Assembly: GCA_016839605.1 (NCBI GenBank)
Contig: JAEOTX010000098.1
Coordinates: 1 to 14,806 of the forward strand
DNA: 14,806 bases
Source: Candidatus Thorarchaeota archaeon
GTDB taxonomy: Archaea > Asgardarchaeota > Thorarchaeia > Thorarchaeales > Thorarchaeaceae
Direction: 5' to 3'
The notes below the pieces were generated by a model that did not search any database, was not told where the DNA came from, and saw only the letters and a program-made list of their open reading frames with translations. Positions 1 through 8,418 of this stretch are shown here, in pieces (the stretch's first letter is position 1; the number at the start of each line of letters is the position of its first letter). Both the position numbers and the translations under genes were made by a program.

Positions 1-1347
1 CCAGAGTATAATGTACAATCCTATGACTGTGATTATCAAGTCAAATGCAGCCTCAACCTTTGTGCGGTTTCCAAACACATCTGTACGTCCTCTCGATTTT
101 ACCAAGTAATACCGTGTTCCAAAATAGGCTGTTGCTAATGCTACTGAAACTACTGTGGAGAACGACGCGGTTATCATAATGATTGACCATTGTGTGTACC
201 AAAAGCTATTGGGGATTCCAATATTAGCAAGAATAAGAATAGTGAACCCACCTAAGATGATTCCAATGAAGGTAGATGCTATACCACCAATGGTTCTTAG
301 AGCCGTCCTCTTTGTTTGATTCAGCAGATCACGCCTTGCATCTGGAGAGAGCGCTTGTGTTTCTGCAGAATGGCCATCTGGAATCCTAGCGGCCTCCCAC
401 CAGAGATCCTGCGCTCTAATAACAGTCTGATAGAGAATGAGTGTGCTGTAGCCCAGTGTATACCAAACAAGGAATGGATTCACGGTGGTTGAAGACCAAC
501 CCCAAGGATAGGTCCCCCATGCCATCACTGCATTAAGCAGTAAAAGGAGCACAACATTCACGACATATTCTCTTCTGATGAATGAAACTGGGTCCGAATT
601 TCCAATCCTTCGGACTGTGTATGCAAGGTGCAGAACTACGAATAGTATCGTTGGAACCGTAAAAAACATTACAAATGGAACGAAGCTGGAGCCGCCTAGT
701 ACTACATATGCAAATATAGTCAATAATGTAAGACCAATGTCTACTAGGACCTTGGTACTATAAACCTCAAGTGCAAGATTCTCTGGGAACGTGACCAGCT
801 TCTGAAGACTGGACCAGTTTGAAAACGTCGCATTTCTTAGCTGTAATGCTCTAATTCTAGATTTTAGCAGGAGAATTGCAAAAACACTTGCTACAACTCC
901 AAGCTGTATTACTGGTGCAAAGATGACTGCTGTTCCAATCCACCAATACACAAGAGGAGTGATCACAGTCCAGCTAATGACAAGCCAAAGAACAGCAATT
1001 ACGATGAATTTGAAGAATGTCGCCCTATAGCTGGCAGGAGACAGGTCTCTTCGCTGTTGTTGTATATCTTCAGCAACTTGCTGTTGCATACGATGCACTC
1101 CTATGACACTATCTGTCGAATCTGAAACAGATAGAGAATATTCCTTAGCAACCTCTGATGGGGCTCCAAACCGTGCAACCACTTTCTTTGCTGATGCAGT
1201 GGTCAATGTGCCATCTGAGAGATCCTCAGCCATCTCGATCATGTACCCACGGAGCTCTGTAATGACTTCGTCAGCCATGGACTCAGGCAGGTGTTCCCTC
1301 ACATGGCCCAAATACGCATCGATAGTCGTGAATGGATTCTCGCTCAC
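1..1347 (-). CDS. HAAS-domain (DUF1700-like) polytopic membrane protein, PadR partner; 3' end runs off the window
   Basis: Not in the ORF track. I read an uninterrupted minus-strand frame from GTG at 1347 to base 1 (449 codons, no stop). The start overlaps the PadR stop (GTGA). The N-terminus, MSENPFTTIDAYLGHVREHLPESMADEVITELRGYMIEMAEDLSDGTLTTASAKKVVARFGAPSEVAKEY, has the I..YL..V...LP...EL...FG.P.E.A..Y HAAS pattern, and many hydrophobic helices follow. Confidence 0.85.
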   Translation of the reverse strand, partial: MSENPFTTIDAYLGHVREHLPESMADEVITELRGYMIEMAEDLSDGTLTTASAKKVVARFGAPSEVAKEYSLSVSDSTDSVIGVHRMQQQVAEDIQQQRRDLSPASYRATFFKFIVIAVLWLVISWTVITPLVYWWIGTAVIFAPVIQLGVVASVFAILLLKSRIRALQLRNATFSNWSSLQKLVTFPENLALEVYSTKVLVDIGLTLLTIFAYVVLGGSSFVPFVMFFTVPTILFVVLHLAYTVRRIGNSDPVSFIRREYVVNVVLLLLLNAVMAWGTYPWGWSSTTVNPFLVWYTLGYSTLILYQTVIRAQDLWWEAARIPDGHSAETQALSPDARRDLLNQTKRTALRTIGGIASTFIGIILGGFTILILANIGIPNSFWYTQWSIIMITASFSTVVSVALATAYFGTRYYLVKSRGRTDVFGNRTKVEAAFDLIITVIGLYIILW

Positions 1348-1721
1348 TCAAGACCAGCCTCCTGCACTAACTGCATGATTTGATCATTCAGGCTTCTCCA
1401 TGCCTTGACCATCTGCCGCAGAATCATTCTACCATCTCTTGTGACGTAGTAGAGTCGCCGTCTCTTGCCTGAGGCATCTGACCATTTGCCCTCAAGAATC
1501 CCTCTTGCTTCTAGTCTGCGAAGAAGGGGGTACGTGGTGCTAGGTTCGACCTGAAGTGCGTCATACTCCTCCTGCCCAAGCTTCTTCATGATGTCATAGC
1601 CATAGGACTCACCATCTAGGATGATTGTGAGAATGGCTAGGGATAGAGCACCGCGTCTAATCTGCACGGACCATTTCTCGTACTCCATTTCTGGGTTTCC
1701 GACTGCTGTATCTTCTGACAT
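1344..1721 (-). CDS. PadR-family winged-helix transcriptional regulator
   Basis: Motifs Q.RRG.L.L.IL..L...ESYGYDI, T.YPLLRRLE..G.L...W and RRLYYVT.DG are PadR signatures. I placed the start at ATG 1721 (MSEDT...), preceded by GGAGGT, rather than the ORF-track start at 1775. Confidence 0.93.
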   Translation of the reverse strand: MSEDTAVGNPEMEYEKWSVQIRRGALSLAILTIILDGESYGYDIMKKLGQEEYDALQVEPSTTYPLLRRLEARGILEGKWSDASGKRRRLYYVTRDGRMILRQMVKAWRSLNDQIMQLVQEAGLE

Positions 1722-1781
1722 TGCATGACCTCCAGGTCGAATAACGCGTCTCGGGGCATCTGAAACAAAAACCATAATCTA

Positions 1782-1831
1782 TATATCGTTTTGCATACTA
1801 TATCGTATTACACAGCATGTTATGCGATATA
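1782..1831. promoter_or_regulatory. Candidate PadR autoregulatory operator/promoter
   Basis: Inverted repeat TATATCGTATTACA (1799-1812) / TGTTATGCGATATA (1818-1831), 12/14 match with a 5-nt spacer. An extra TATATCG half-site sits at 1782-1788. It lies 60-110 bp upstream of the PadR start, and PadR-family genes are commonly autoregulated. Confidence 0.55.
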
Positions 1832-2214
1832 AGCAAAATGGAGGTCTGTGGTGTCAGATAGCGAGAGTGCTATTCAAGTGGCAGGACTACGCAGTTTCCT
1901 CGTAAGAGTGTCTTGTCTTCATTTTGCACACCCGATGGTGGAGGCAGGACTCAGCCTGCACTCCGTTTGTTTGAGACGCCGATCATCGAGAACTCATCCA
2001 GCAGTGTAGGAACGCGGTCCAAGCCACTAGTCCTACTTGGATGGTTCTCTCTCATAATTTCAGGAAGACAGGGTATATTATTCTCGTACAATCTTCGAAA
2101 TCCAAGAAGTTTCAACTGATGCAAGATATGACATTGAGTGTGAATATGATTCGAATTCAGATAGATTGATAGTCCTCTAAATAAATCAAGAGAATGTGTG
2201 CTGGTGTGCTGAGA

Positions 2215-2727
2215 ATGGCAATCTGGACTCCAAATCGCATTTTTGTGTTCTTAGTCCTTTGGAATATGCTAATCCCGTTCAGAATCAATTTAACCGTTCT
2301 ACATAATCCAAATGGTTTCTCAGTTAGTTATCTCATTTACGCTGCACTTTGGGGATACATCCCGGGACCACTTCCGCCGATGTACAATATTGAAGGCCCC
2401 CTCATAATAAATGGTTATTACTTTGGTTTCATGTTTCCATACTATGCACTAGGATTAGTTATTGCGTGGTTCGTTTGGCGAGCCTCATCGGATAGCAACA
2501 TGACGAAGCGGAATTATTACGAGAGAATTATCGCTCTGCAGCTCCTCCATACGTCGATTTTGTGGCTCTTATTCCCTTGTCCCATATCCTTTAGCTTGGT
2601 GTTGTGTATTCCAACGGCCATAACTGGAATCCTAGCCTTGCCGTTTGCATCGAGAGTTGTGAAGGAGGTTGACTCCGTGTGGGATGACTCAGAAACCAAG
2701 ATATTGGTGGAGACCGAAGATCAGTGA
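2215..2727 (+). CDS. Hypothetical ~4-TM membrane protein (possible distant member of the local paralogue family)
   Basis: Hydrophobic ORF with a Pro after TM1, an IPT motif before the last helix and an acidic tail (VWDD). The start is probably ATG 2215 (MAIW); the ORF track gives 2194. Confidence 0.75.
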   Translation: MAIWTPNRIFVFLVLWNMLIPFRINLTVLHNPNGFSVSYLIYAALWGYIPGPLPPMYNIEGPLIINGYYFGFMFPYYALGLVIAWFVWRASSDSNMTKRNYYERIIALQLLHTSILWLLFPCPISFSLVLCIPTAITGILALPFASRVVKEVDSVWDDSETKILVETEDQ

Positions 2728-2764
2728 ATGAGGAGCCCAAATTCAGAACAGCGGGAACATGTTG

Positions 2765-2995
2765 TCAGTTTCGACCCATAATCACCATGCCATAGAAAGT
2801 AACGAATAGTCCAACTAGAACCACAAAGAAACCTGCAGTTATCACTATGACGGAATCAGGAACTAGGTATGGTAGGAGTGTCCTATATTGGGCATGCAGT
2901 TGTGCATCCAGATACATTCCTGCGTATGTCATGATGATTCCTATGACAAAAACCAAGACTCCCTTAATCTGGGAACCTGAACTATTGTCACTCAC
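2765..2995 (-). CDS. Small 2-TM hypothetical membrane protein
   Basis: 76 aa with two clear hydrophobic helices. The GTG start is preceded by AGGGGGA. Confidence 0.7.
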   Translation of the reverse strand: MSDNSSGSQIKGVLVFVIGIIMTYAGMYLDAQLHAQYRTLLPYLVPDSVIVITAGFFVVLVGLFVTFYGMVIMGRN

Positions 2996-3080
2996 AGTCG
3001 TTCCCCCTTACTATATGTCGCAAAACCACTTGACTCTAACTATCAGATCGAATTTGACAAAGATATGAGTGTCAGTCAGT

Positions 3081-3148
3081 CGTTGTGGGAGATGTGTGCT
3101 GCGCGAGCGCGTGACAGGCCCGCAAGCTGGCGCATTCTCCTTTTTCTG
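3081..3148 (+). repeat. Intergenic hairpin repeat, copy 1 (complete)
   Basis: cgttgtgggagatgtgtgctgcgcgagcgcgtgacaggcccgcaagctggcgcattctcctttttctg. Confidence 0.95.
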
Positions 3149-3315
3149 CACCTACATAACTGCGATTGTTGGTGCAGCGTTGCGCTCGATTGTTCAGCTT
3201 GTCTTGTTGCTATGGAAGGTCCCAGATGCATGATTGCTTATCATAACTTGATGCTTTCGGAATAATTCCTTGCTGCGTGATTCATTACTGACTGATTCAG
3301 TAGTCAGAGAGAAAA

Positions 3316-3789
3316 TCACCAGGGCGTCTGTGGGTCAGAATATGGCCATTTCCACATCATTACGATAGCAAAGATAACCATGAAGGGAGTTGGAGCTGTT
3401 ATTGAAGGACTCCAAAAACCAATGCCAGTAAGTATTGAAGCTACAATCCACATAGGCAATTCTGTCACAAATCCAACCAATACAGTCAAGGTGCGTGTGC
3501 TTCTGTTTTCGTAGTAGCGGAGTATCTGATAGACAAAGATTAGTCGCGGAGCAGTCATTGGAAGTGTCGACAACCAAAGACCAAGACTATAATCTATGAC
3601 CACCCGGTGCGCTTCAAACTCAATCCACCATGACATGGCACGAATTGACAGGTTAGATGAAGTCAGCGTCAGGGTGACGATAATTGGGGCTAGTACTGCA
3701 ATGATTCCTGCAATCAAAGATATTAGTTTCGCGTCAACAGGGCTTCCTGTCCTTTGTTCTTCGGCAGCATCTGACCCTTTCATCTTCAC
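3316..3789 (-). CDS. 4-TM membrane protein, 'RYY' paralogue family
   Basis: 157 aa. The motifs RLIFVYQILRYYENRSTRTLTVLVG..ELP, PTP and C-terminal PW are shared with other genes in the window. Confidence 0.85.
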   Translation of the reverse strand: MKMKGSDAAEEQRTGSPVDAKLISLIAGIIAVLAPIIVTLTLTSSNLSIRAMSWWIEFEAHRVVIDYSLGLWLSTLPMTAPRLIFVYQILRYYENRSTRTLTVLVGFVTELPMWIVASILTGIGFWSPSITAPTPFMVIFAIVMMWKWPYSDPQTPW

Positions 3790-3892
3790 TACAACCCTGT
3801 TTCCTTTTTTAGCGGGGAGGAACAGAGGCTAATGCAAGTGCAGCACCATTGATATGTAATTCTTCCTATAATCATCTTAGGAAAGAGTTGGG

Positions 3893-4885
3893 ATGGATGT
3901 CATGATCAAGAGGCCCTCTTTTCAAGACGGAATTGTTAGCCTTCTTGTCATAGTGACAACTATCGCAACGCCAATGGCATTCATAGAACTTGGTGTCGTG
4001 ACCGCTGATAGAATCTATAGCTTGGCTGGATGGACTTTCGTATTTGGGTGCGTCCAGAGCCATTCAGGGGTCCTTATCCTGACATGGCCGTATCATGATT
4101 GGGGATTCTCTTCGTTCTTGACTCTAGTAGGAATTTGGATATTAGTTGCATTGTTCTTGTTTGCCGTTGTCCTTTTTGTAAACCGGTTCAAGATATCAAT
4201 TGTGGGCAGCATACTCACTCTAGTTTTGCAGGCGTATGCACCACTTCGTCTACTCGCTGGATATCCAGCAATTTTTGTAATGCCTTTTCCAATCCCATCT
4301 ATTGTTGCTCTCATCGGTCTTCTTGTTCTTAGACAGAATTTACCTTTCAGAAGATGGCGTCTAAGGAGAGGAGCGCGAATAAGAGAAGAAGATGATGAAG
4401 AACAAGCAAAAGAGAAACCGCGCCTAGTTGTACGGAGACTTTTCACCCGACAGTGCATGAAAAAGAGAGTCCTAGTCATTTTCTTTCTGGCGTACTATAT
4501 TTGGCTTCTGTGGTCAGCTTATTCCATGAGGGGCTGGTGGTGGGAGCCAGAAACGGGTTTGATGTGGTCAAGTGGTGGTCCAGGAATGTTCTTTCCATTT
4601 CCCCTCCTTCCAGGCATTGCAGCAATCATCACATATGCTAGTCCTTTCGATCAAGTCTTTTACCTACTGTTCATGCATGGTGGAATCTGGGCATTTTGGG
4701 TTGGTATTGGACTTCTGTATATTATCTCTCCATACAAACTCAATCCAAGCTATCTATCAAGTGGTAGAGCGGAGGATGATGAGAGTGAAAATATCTCAAT
4801 CTCTCGCACCTATGTTGTGTACTCACAGATGAGAGAATTACTGGTGAATCGCTTCAGGCGGCGCAATAGACCCAAGAATACTTAG
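3893..4885 (+). CDS. Hypothetical multi-pass membrane protein, apparently two fused membrane modules
   Basis: 330 aa. An N-terminal hydrophobic module ends in PFPIP+TM, then comes a charged linker (RRWRLRR...EEDDEEQ). A second module starts at the in-frame ATG 4457 (MKKRVLVIFF). Confidence 0.8.
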   Translation: MDVMIKRPSFQDGIVSLLVIVTTIATPMAFIELGVVTADRIYSLAGWTFVFGCVQSHSGVLILTWPYHDWGFSSFLTLVGIWILVALFLFAVVLFVNRFKISIVGSILTLVLQAYAPLRLLAGYPAIFVMPFPIPSIVALIGLLVLRQNLPFRRWRLRRGARIREEDDEEQAKEKPRLVVRRLFTRQCMKKRVLVIFFLAYYIWLLWSAYSMRGWWWEPETGLMWSSGGPGMFFPFPLLPGIAAIITYASPFDQVFYLLFMHGGIWAFWVGIGLLYIISPYKLNPSYLSSGRAEDDESENISISRTYVVYSQMRELLVNRFRRRNRPKNT

Positions 4886-4908
4886 CTCACTCTGGTTTCA
4901 CAAAAGAT

Positions 4909-4970
4909 AGAAACATGCGCTGCGCGAGCGCGTGACAGGCCCACAAGCTGCCACATTTTCCTCTTTCTGA
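4909..4970 (+). repeat. Intergenic hairpin repeat, copy 2 (left arm degenerate)
   Basis: agaaacatgcgctgcgcgagcgcgtgacaggcccacaagctgccacattttcctctttctga. Confidence 0.93.
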
Positions 4971-5058
4971 CTTCTCATTCCGCTTATATACTGCTTCCAC
5001 AAGTACTGTCATTAGTCAGAATGTCTTAGATTGTTATGCTTTCTAGACCAGCAGTTTC

Positions 5059-5087
5059 TGAAGGTAGGGCCGCAAAGCCCTCCTTCA
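5059..5087. terminator. Stem-loop between convergent genes, possible terminator or processing hairpin
   Basis: TGAAGG-T-AGGGC / loop CGCAAA / GCCCT-CCTTCA forms an 11-bp stem with one bulge, located between the stops at 4885 (+) and 5160 (-). Confidence 0.4.
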
Positions 5088-5159
5088 AACTTCTATCTCT
5101 GCTAAAGAAGAACCTGCTTGAAATATCGGATTCTGTAAGATGTGAGCGCAGGATTTGGT

Positions 5160-5849
5160 TTATTCTTTTCTGAGTACTGCCAGCACGATTAGAATTACTA
5201 CAGTGCCGGCCATGACCATTCCTACAATTCCTACTGGTGAATCAAGTGGGAATGGCAAAGTAACGCCTTCAACCAGTGAAATCCTGCGCAGGTCAACAAT
5301 TCCAATCTCTGTCCAGGTGATTCTTGAGTATGATGTATGAAGGACTCCCGTTGTCCTTACGTAGATTTCAGCGAGTGTATCTGTTCCTGACCTCCAAAAA
5401 ATAGTGTAATTGTAGCCGATGAGATACGGTGTGGAAATAATATCCTGAGTCATATTGTAATCAGTCGTATTTGTAGCCCTACTCTGCCAGATACCGACAA
5501 TAAGGCTCCAGTTACCAACTGGAAGTACGTCCCAACTAGAAGACCCCTCGATTTCGGTTCCATTTTCATAGAACCGCGATGCCCCAACTAAGCCCGAAAG
5601 GTTTCTCATTGCATTGATATCATCTGGGATGCTTGGAAGACTATCGATTATAACGTAGAAATCCTTCTCTCTAGGACTGGTTTCATTTTGATTTGGCATT
5701 GTAAACTCTGCGAAATCGTGATAGTCAAATCTACTCCCGGTTGTGACACCCCAATGCAGACCCTGATTGTTTGCAGCACTCACTGGGGTGACAACAAGAC
5801 ATAGAACAAATAGTATAGCCATCAATTGAAAGGATAGAATCCTACACAT
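5160..5849 (-). CDS. Secreted, C-terminally anchored surface (glyco)protein
   Basis: Signal peptide (…VVTPVSA-A), then LHWGVTTGSRFDY. Multiple N-x-S/T sequons (NET, NLS, NGT, NWS, NTT, NMT, NYT). Ends in a C-terminal TM followed by RKE. Confidence 0.88.
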   Translation of the reverse strand: MCRILSFQLMAILFVLCLVVTPVSAANNQGLHWGVTTGSRFDYHDFAEFTMPNQNETSPREKDFYVIIDSLPSIPDDINAMRNLSGLVGASRFYENGTEIEGSSSWDVLPVGNWSLIVGIWQSRATNTTDYNMTQDIISTPYLIGYNYTIFWRSGTDTLAEIYVRTTGVLHTSYSRITWTEIGIVDLRRISLVEGVTLPFPLDSPVGIVGMVMAGTVVILIVLAVLRKE

Positions 5850-5953
5850 ATGTAGAACCTCAGCTTACGAATCTGTCAATGGTCCTCTACCTAGATATTG
5901 ATAGGTCTTTGAAATTATAAACATTCGTTCCCAATTCACTTGTCCCAACACGA

Positions 5954-6001
5954 GCTGCGCGAGCGTGTGACAGGCCCGTAAGCTAACACATTTTCCTTTT
6001 C
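5954..6001 (+). repeat. Intergenic hairpin repeat, copy 3 (5' part degenerate or missing)
   Basis: gctgcgcgagcgtgtgacaggcccgtaagctaacacattttccttttc. Confidence 0.9.
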
Positions 6002-6095
6002 AGGTTTCCAGCATTAGTACAGCCATTCTTCTAAGAAAGGCTTCAAGTACAAGCTATTGAATCAAGATGATCCTCAATCTATGGGGTTGCGAAGA

Positions 6096-6839
6096 ATGGA
6101 ATCAAATCCTGAACTTCCAACGCTCCTTACAACAGTACCATTTAGCTATTTGATATTCAGTGTCTTCTATACTCTGTGCATCGTTCATGCTGTTCTCTTT
6201 GGGGTCACTTTCGGATTTATTCCTGAATTCTCACGTTCGGTAATACTCAGTCTCATTTCTATGCCGTCTTTGGTAACCAGACTCTTCATTGTTCTCTTGC
6301 CACTCTTCTTGGTTATAGCACTGAACACTGTCCACTTCAAACGAATTCTATCGAAGCGACTAGAAGAACCAAGACCCAGTGCTATTCGGATTCTTCTTGG
6401 TGTGCTTACGGCAGTCCCCCTTCTCCTCCTAACAGTCTATGCTAACTACTACCTCCTGGGATCCATCATCGGGTGGCCATTGATAGTATTTGTCCAGAGC
6501 ATTATAGTAGCTGGTTCTTTGATGACATATGTTCTCATTGTTACCGCCATCATGACTGAGAATACTAAGGCGTATCTTAATCGCTCCCTTCGAAATCCCG
6601 AACTGTGGGTAATGGCACTTGTTCTCGCCGCTCTGCTCTTTCTCCCCACTTTAGCTTTCATCAACCCAATTCAGAAGGGATTCTTCTATTCCTTCGCTTC
6701 GAGTGACCTTTTCCTCTATGCACTCCCGGATCTATTTTGGAGAGCATTCTTATTGGGTATTCTTATCCCGCTCCTGCCCTTTTCTTTGCAATACATTGAC
6801 CGGATTTCTGTTAATCAACCCAACATCTCCACACAGTGA
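6096..6839 (+). CDS. Hypothetical multi-pass (~6 TM) membrane protein
   Basis: Strongly hydrophobic ORF filling the interval between repeat copies 3 and 4. The start is likely ATG 6096 (MESNP); the ORF track gives TTG 6057. Confidence 0.82.
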   Translation: MESNPELPTLLTTVPFSYLIFSVFYTLCIVHAVLFGVTFGFIPEFSRSVILSLISMPSLVTRLFIVLLPLFLVIALNTVHFKRILSKRLEEPRPSAIRILLGVLTAVPLLLLTVYANYYLLGSIIGWPLIVFVQSIIVAGSLMTYVLIVTAIMTENTKAYLNRSLRNPELWVMALVLAALLFLPTLAFINPIQKGFFYSFASSDLFLYALPDLFWRAFLLGILIPLLPFSLQYIDRISVNQPNISTQ

Positions 6840-6912
6840 TATCTGAGAACTAATCGTCCTTTGAGTCCCACCATCACTCTTGATTTTCCTCTGTGGTTAC
6901 TTGATTGTTTAC

Positions 6913-6940
6913 CGTTGCAGGAGATGTGGGCTGCGCGAGC
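6913..6940 (+). repeat. Intergenic hairpin repeat, copy 4 (5' half only)
   Basis: cgttgcaggagatgtgggctgcgcgagc matches consensus positions 1-28, then similarity ends abruptly. Confidence 0.85.
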
Positions 6941-7044
6941 TATCAAAGAATCTAGTTCATCAGATGCTACATGGTACAAGCATTGGACTGACCCAAACAA
7001 CATATCGCTAGCCCCATAGAAACAACAAATGGAGTGATTCAATA

Positions 7045-7500
7045 TTGGTGAACTCCGAGAAACTGGCCATCAAAATAGGTCTTGCAATTTCTATCATGTC
7101 CATACTGTCACCCTTTGTTGTTATCATTGCCTTTGGACTATTTGGAGAAATTTCGCTGTCATTCTGGACTGTGCTATTCCACATTTCAATCTCTCCCCTT
7201 GACCAAAGCATTGCACTGCATAATTTCTTCCTTGTGCTTCAATACTTGCCATTTGTATCCATTCGCTTTGCCTTCGCATACCTAATGATGAGATATTATG
7301 AGGGAAAAACCACAGGGGGCATGCTCGTCCTTTCTGGATTGGTAGGAGAGCTGATTCCTGCTTTGCTCATTTTATCGCTCCCACCAGTAGTGGTACTTAA
7401 TCAGCTTGTTTTTCCCCTTCCTTTGCATCTCCTGGCTGGTTTTATTATAGTCACTATGAAACCTCCAGCTGTTATCACTAGTCCTTGGGTTGATCTTTAG
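7045..7500 (+). CDS. 4-TM membrane protein, 'RYY' paralogue family
   Basis: 151 aa with RFAFAYLMMRYYEGKTT…G..GEL.P, FPLP and C-terminal SPW. RBS GGAGTGA lies at 7031-7037. Confidence 0.85.
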   Translation: MVNSEKLAIKIGLAISIMSILSPFVVIIAFGLFGEISLSFWTVLFHISISPLDQSIALHNFFLVLQYLPFVSIRFAFAYLMMRYYEGKTTGGMLVLSGLVGELIPALLILSLPPVVVLNQLVFPLPLHLLAGFIIVTMKPPAVITSPWVDL

Positions 7501-7602
7501 GCTAAAGGTTCGAAATTCTCAACTATTTCGACAGTGAGTTCATCCCTTTGTTATGATATGGTAGTAGCAATCAACATAGGCAATGGGTTTTTGAAATGCT
7601 TT

Positions 7603-7869
7603 CTACAAGGAACGAATTTGCATTATGAGGTCTAAGACTTGAACTGCAGTCAAAATAACGAATGTTTCCAGAGTGAAGGGAAAACACACCCAATACTGTA
7701 ATGATAAGGACGCACTTAGAAGCATGGATGACACGGGCAAATAGAAGCCGAAACATGCAATGCCCACATAAACCCGGTTTCTTTTGCTCTTAATCGCAAT
7801 TTGGCTAATAATGTAGGGGAGGGCTAGGATGAGAATGGTAGGCGAATCGATGATAATTAGGATACTCAA
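7603..7869 (-). CDS. Small hydrophobic (~3 TM) hypothetical protein
   Basis: 88-aa hydrophobic ORF with a TTG start preceded by GAGGA. Convergent with 7045-7500; could be a gene remnant. Confidence 0.5.
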   Translation of the reverse strand: MSILIIIDSPTILILALPYIISQIAIKSKRNRVYVGIACFGFYLPVSSMLLSASLSLQYWVCFPFTLETFVILTAVQVLDLIMQIRSL

Positions 7870-7948
7870 ATATCAATCCTCATCTGAACATACACATTAT
7901 TCCTCCAAATGGCTTCCGAAACATAGAATTGTATATCCAAGTTTGTGT

Positions 7949-8018
7949 CATTGTGGGAGATGTGCGCTGAGCGAGCGCGTGGCAGGCCCACAAGCTGCCA
8001 CATTCTCCTTTTCTCTGA
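7949..8018 (+). repeat. Intergenic hairpin repeat, copy 5 (complete)
   Basis: cattgtgggagatgtgcgctgagcgagcgcgtggcaggcccacaagctgccacattctccttttctctga. Confidence 0.95.
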
Positions 8019-8057
8019 TTTCTTGAGCAATTCTGTTTTGGAAATGCACTCCCAGGT

Positions 8058-8237
8058 TTATCTATCAGGATATTTGGCTTGAGTAGCTGCAACCAATATG
8101 AGAATAGTCCCTGTGGCAACATATGCAAGAGCCATAAGGTAGCCATGTAGTGGTAGAAAAACCAATGAAAACCCGAAGAATAGAACGCCCAAGATTACTA
8201 GCAATACAGTTATGCAATCAGGCCGCCATTGAGTCAT
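8058..8237 (-). CDS. 59-aa 2-TM microprotein (below ORF-track cutoff)
   Basis: Manual translation from ATG 8237 to TAA 8058: MTQWRPDCITVLLVILGVLFFGFSLVFLPLHGYLMALAYVATGTILILVAATQAKYPDR*. It sits cleanly between repeat copies 5 and 6. Confidence 0.65.
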   Translation of the reverse strand: MTQWRPDCITVLLVILGVLFFGFSLVFLPLHGYLMALAYVATGTILILVAATQAKYPDR

Positions 8238-8372
8238 CTCGAGTCCTATCTAATATTGCTGGATATTTGCTTATCATCTTTTGCTGGCATATGTATGAGA
8301 TCAAAGGCCATAGACAATTCTCTTGGCACTTAGAAAATGCTTCAAGCAATGAAAAGCGTACCACAAAATCTT

Positions 8373-8410
8373 CGTGATAGACCCGCAAGCTGGCACATTT
8401 TTCCTTCTGA
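8373..8410 (+). repeat. Intergenic hairpin repeat, copy 6 (3' half only)
   Basis: cgtgatagacccgcaagctggcacatttttccttctga matches consensus from position 30 to the end. Confidence 0.85.
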
Positions 8411-8418
8411 GAGAGTTG

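Noticed and set aside
578-1378. + strand ORFs 578-763 and 1103-1378
   Set aside because: They are antisense shadows of the long minus-strand HAAS membrane gene.
1913-2119. 68-aa ORF in the PadR upstream region
   Set aside because: TTG start, no RBS, and no recognisable composition or motif.
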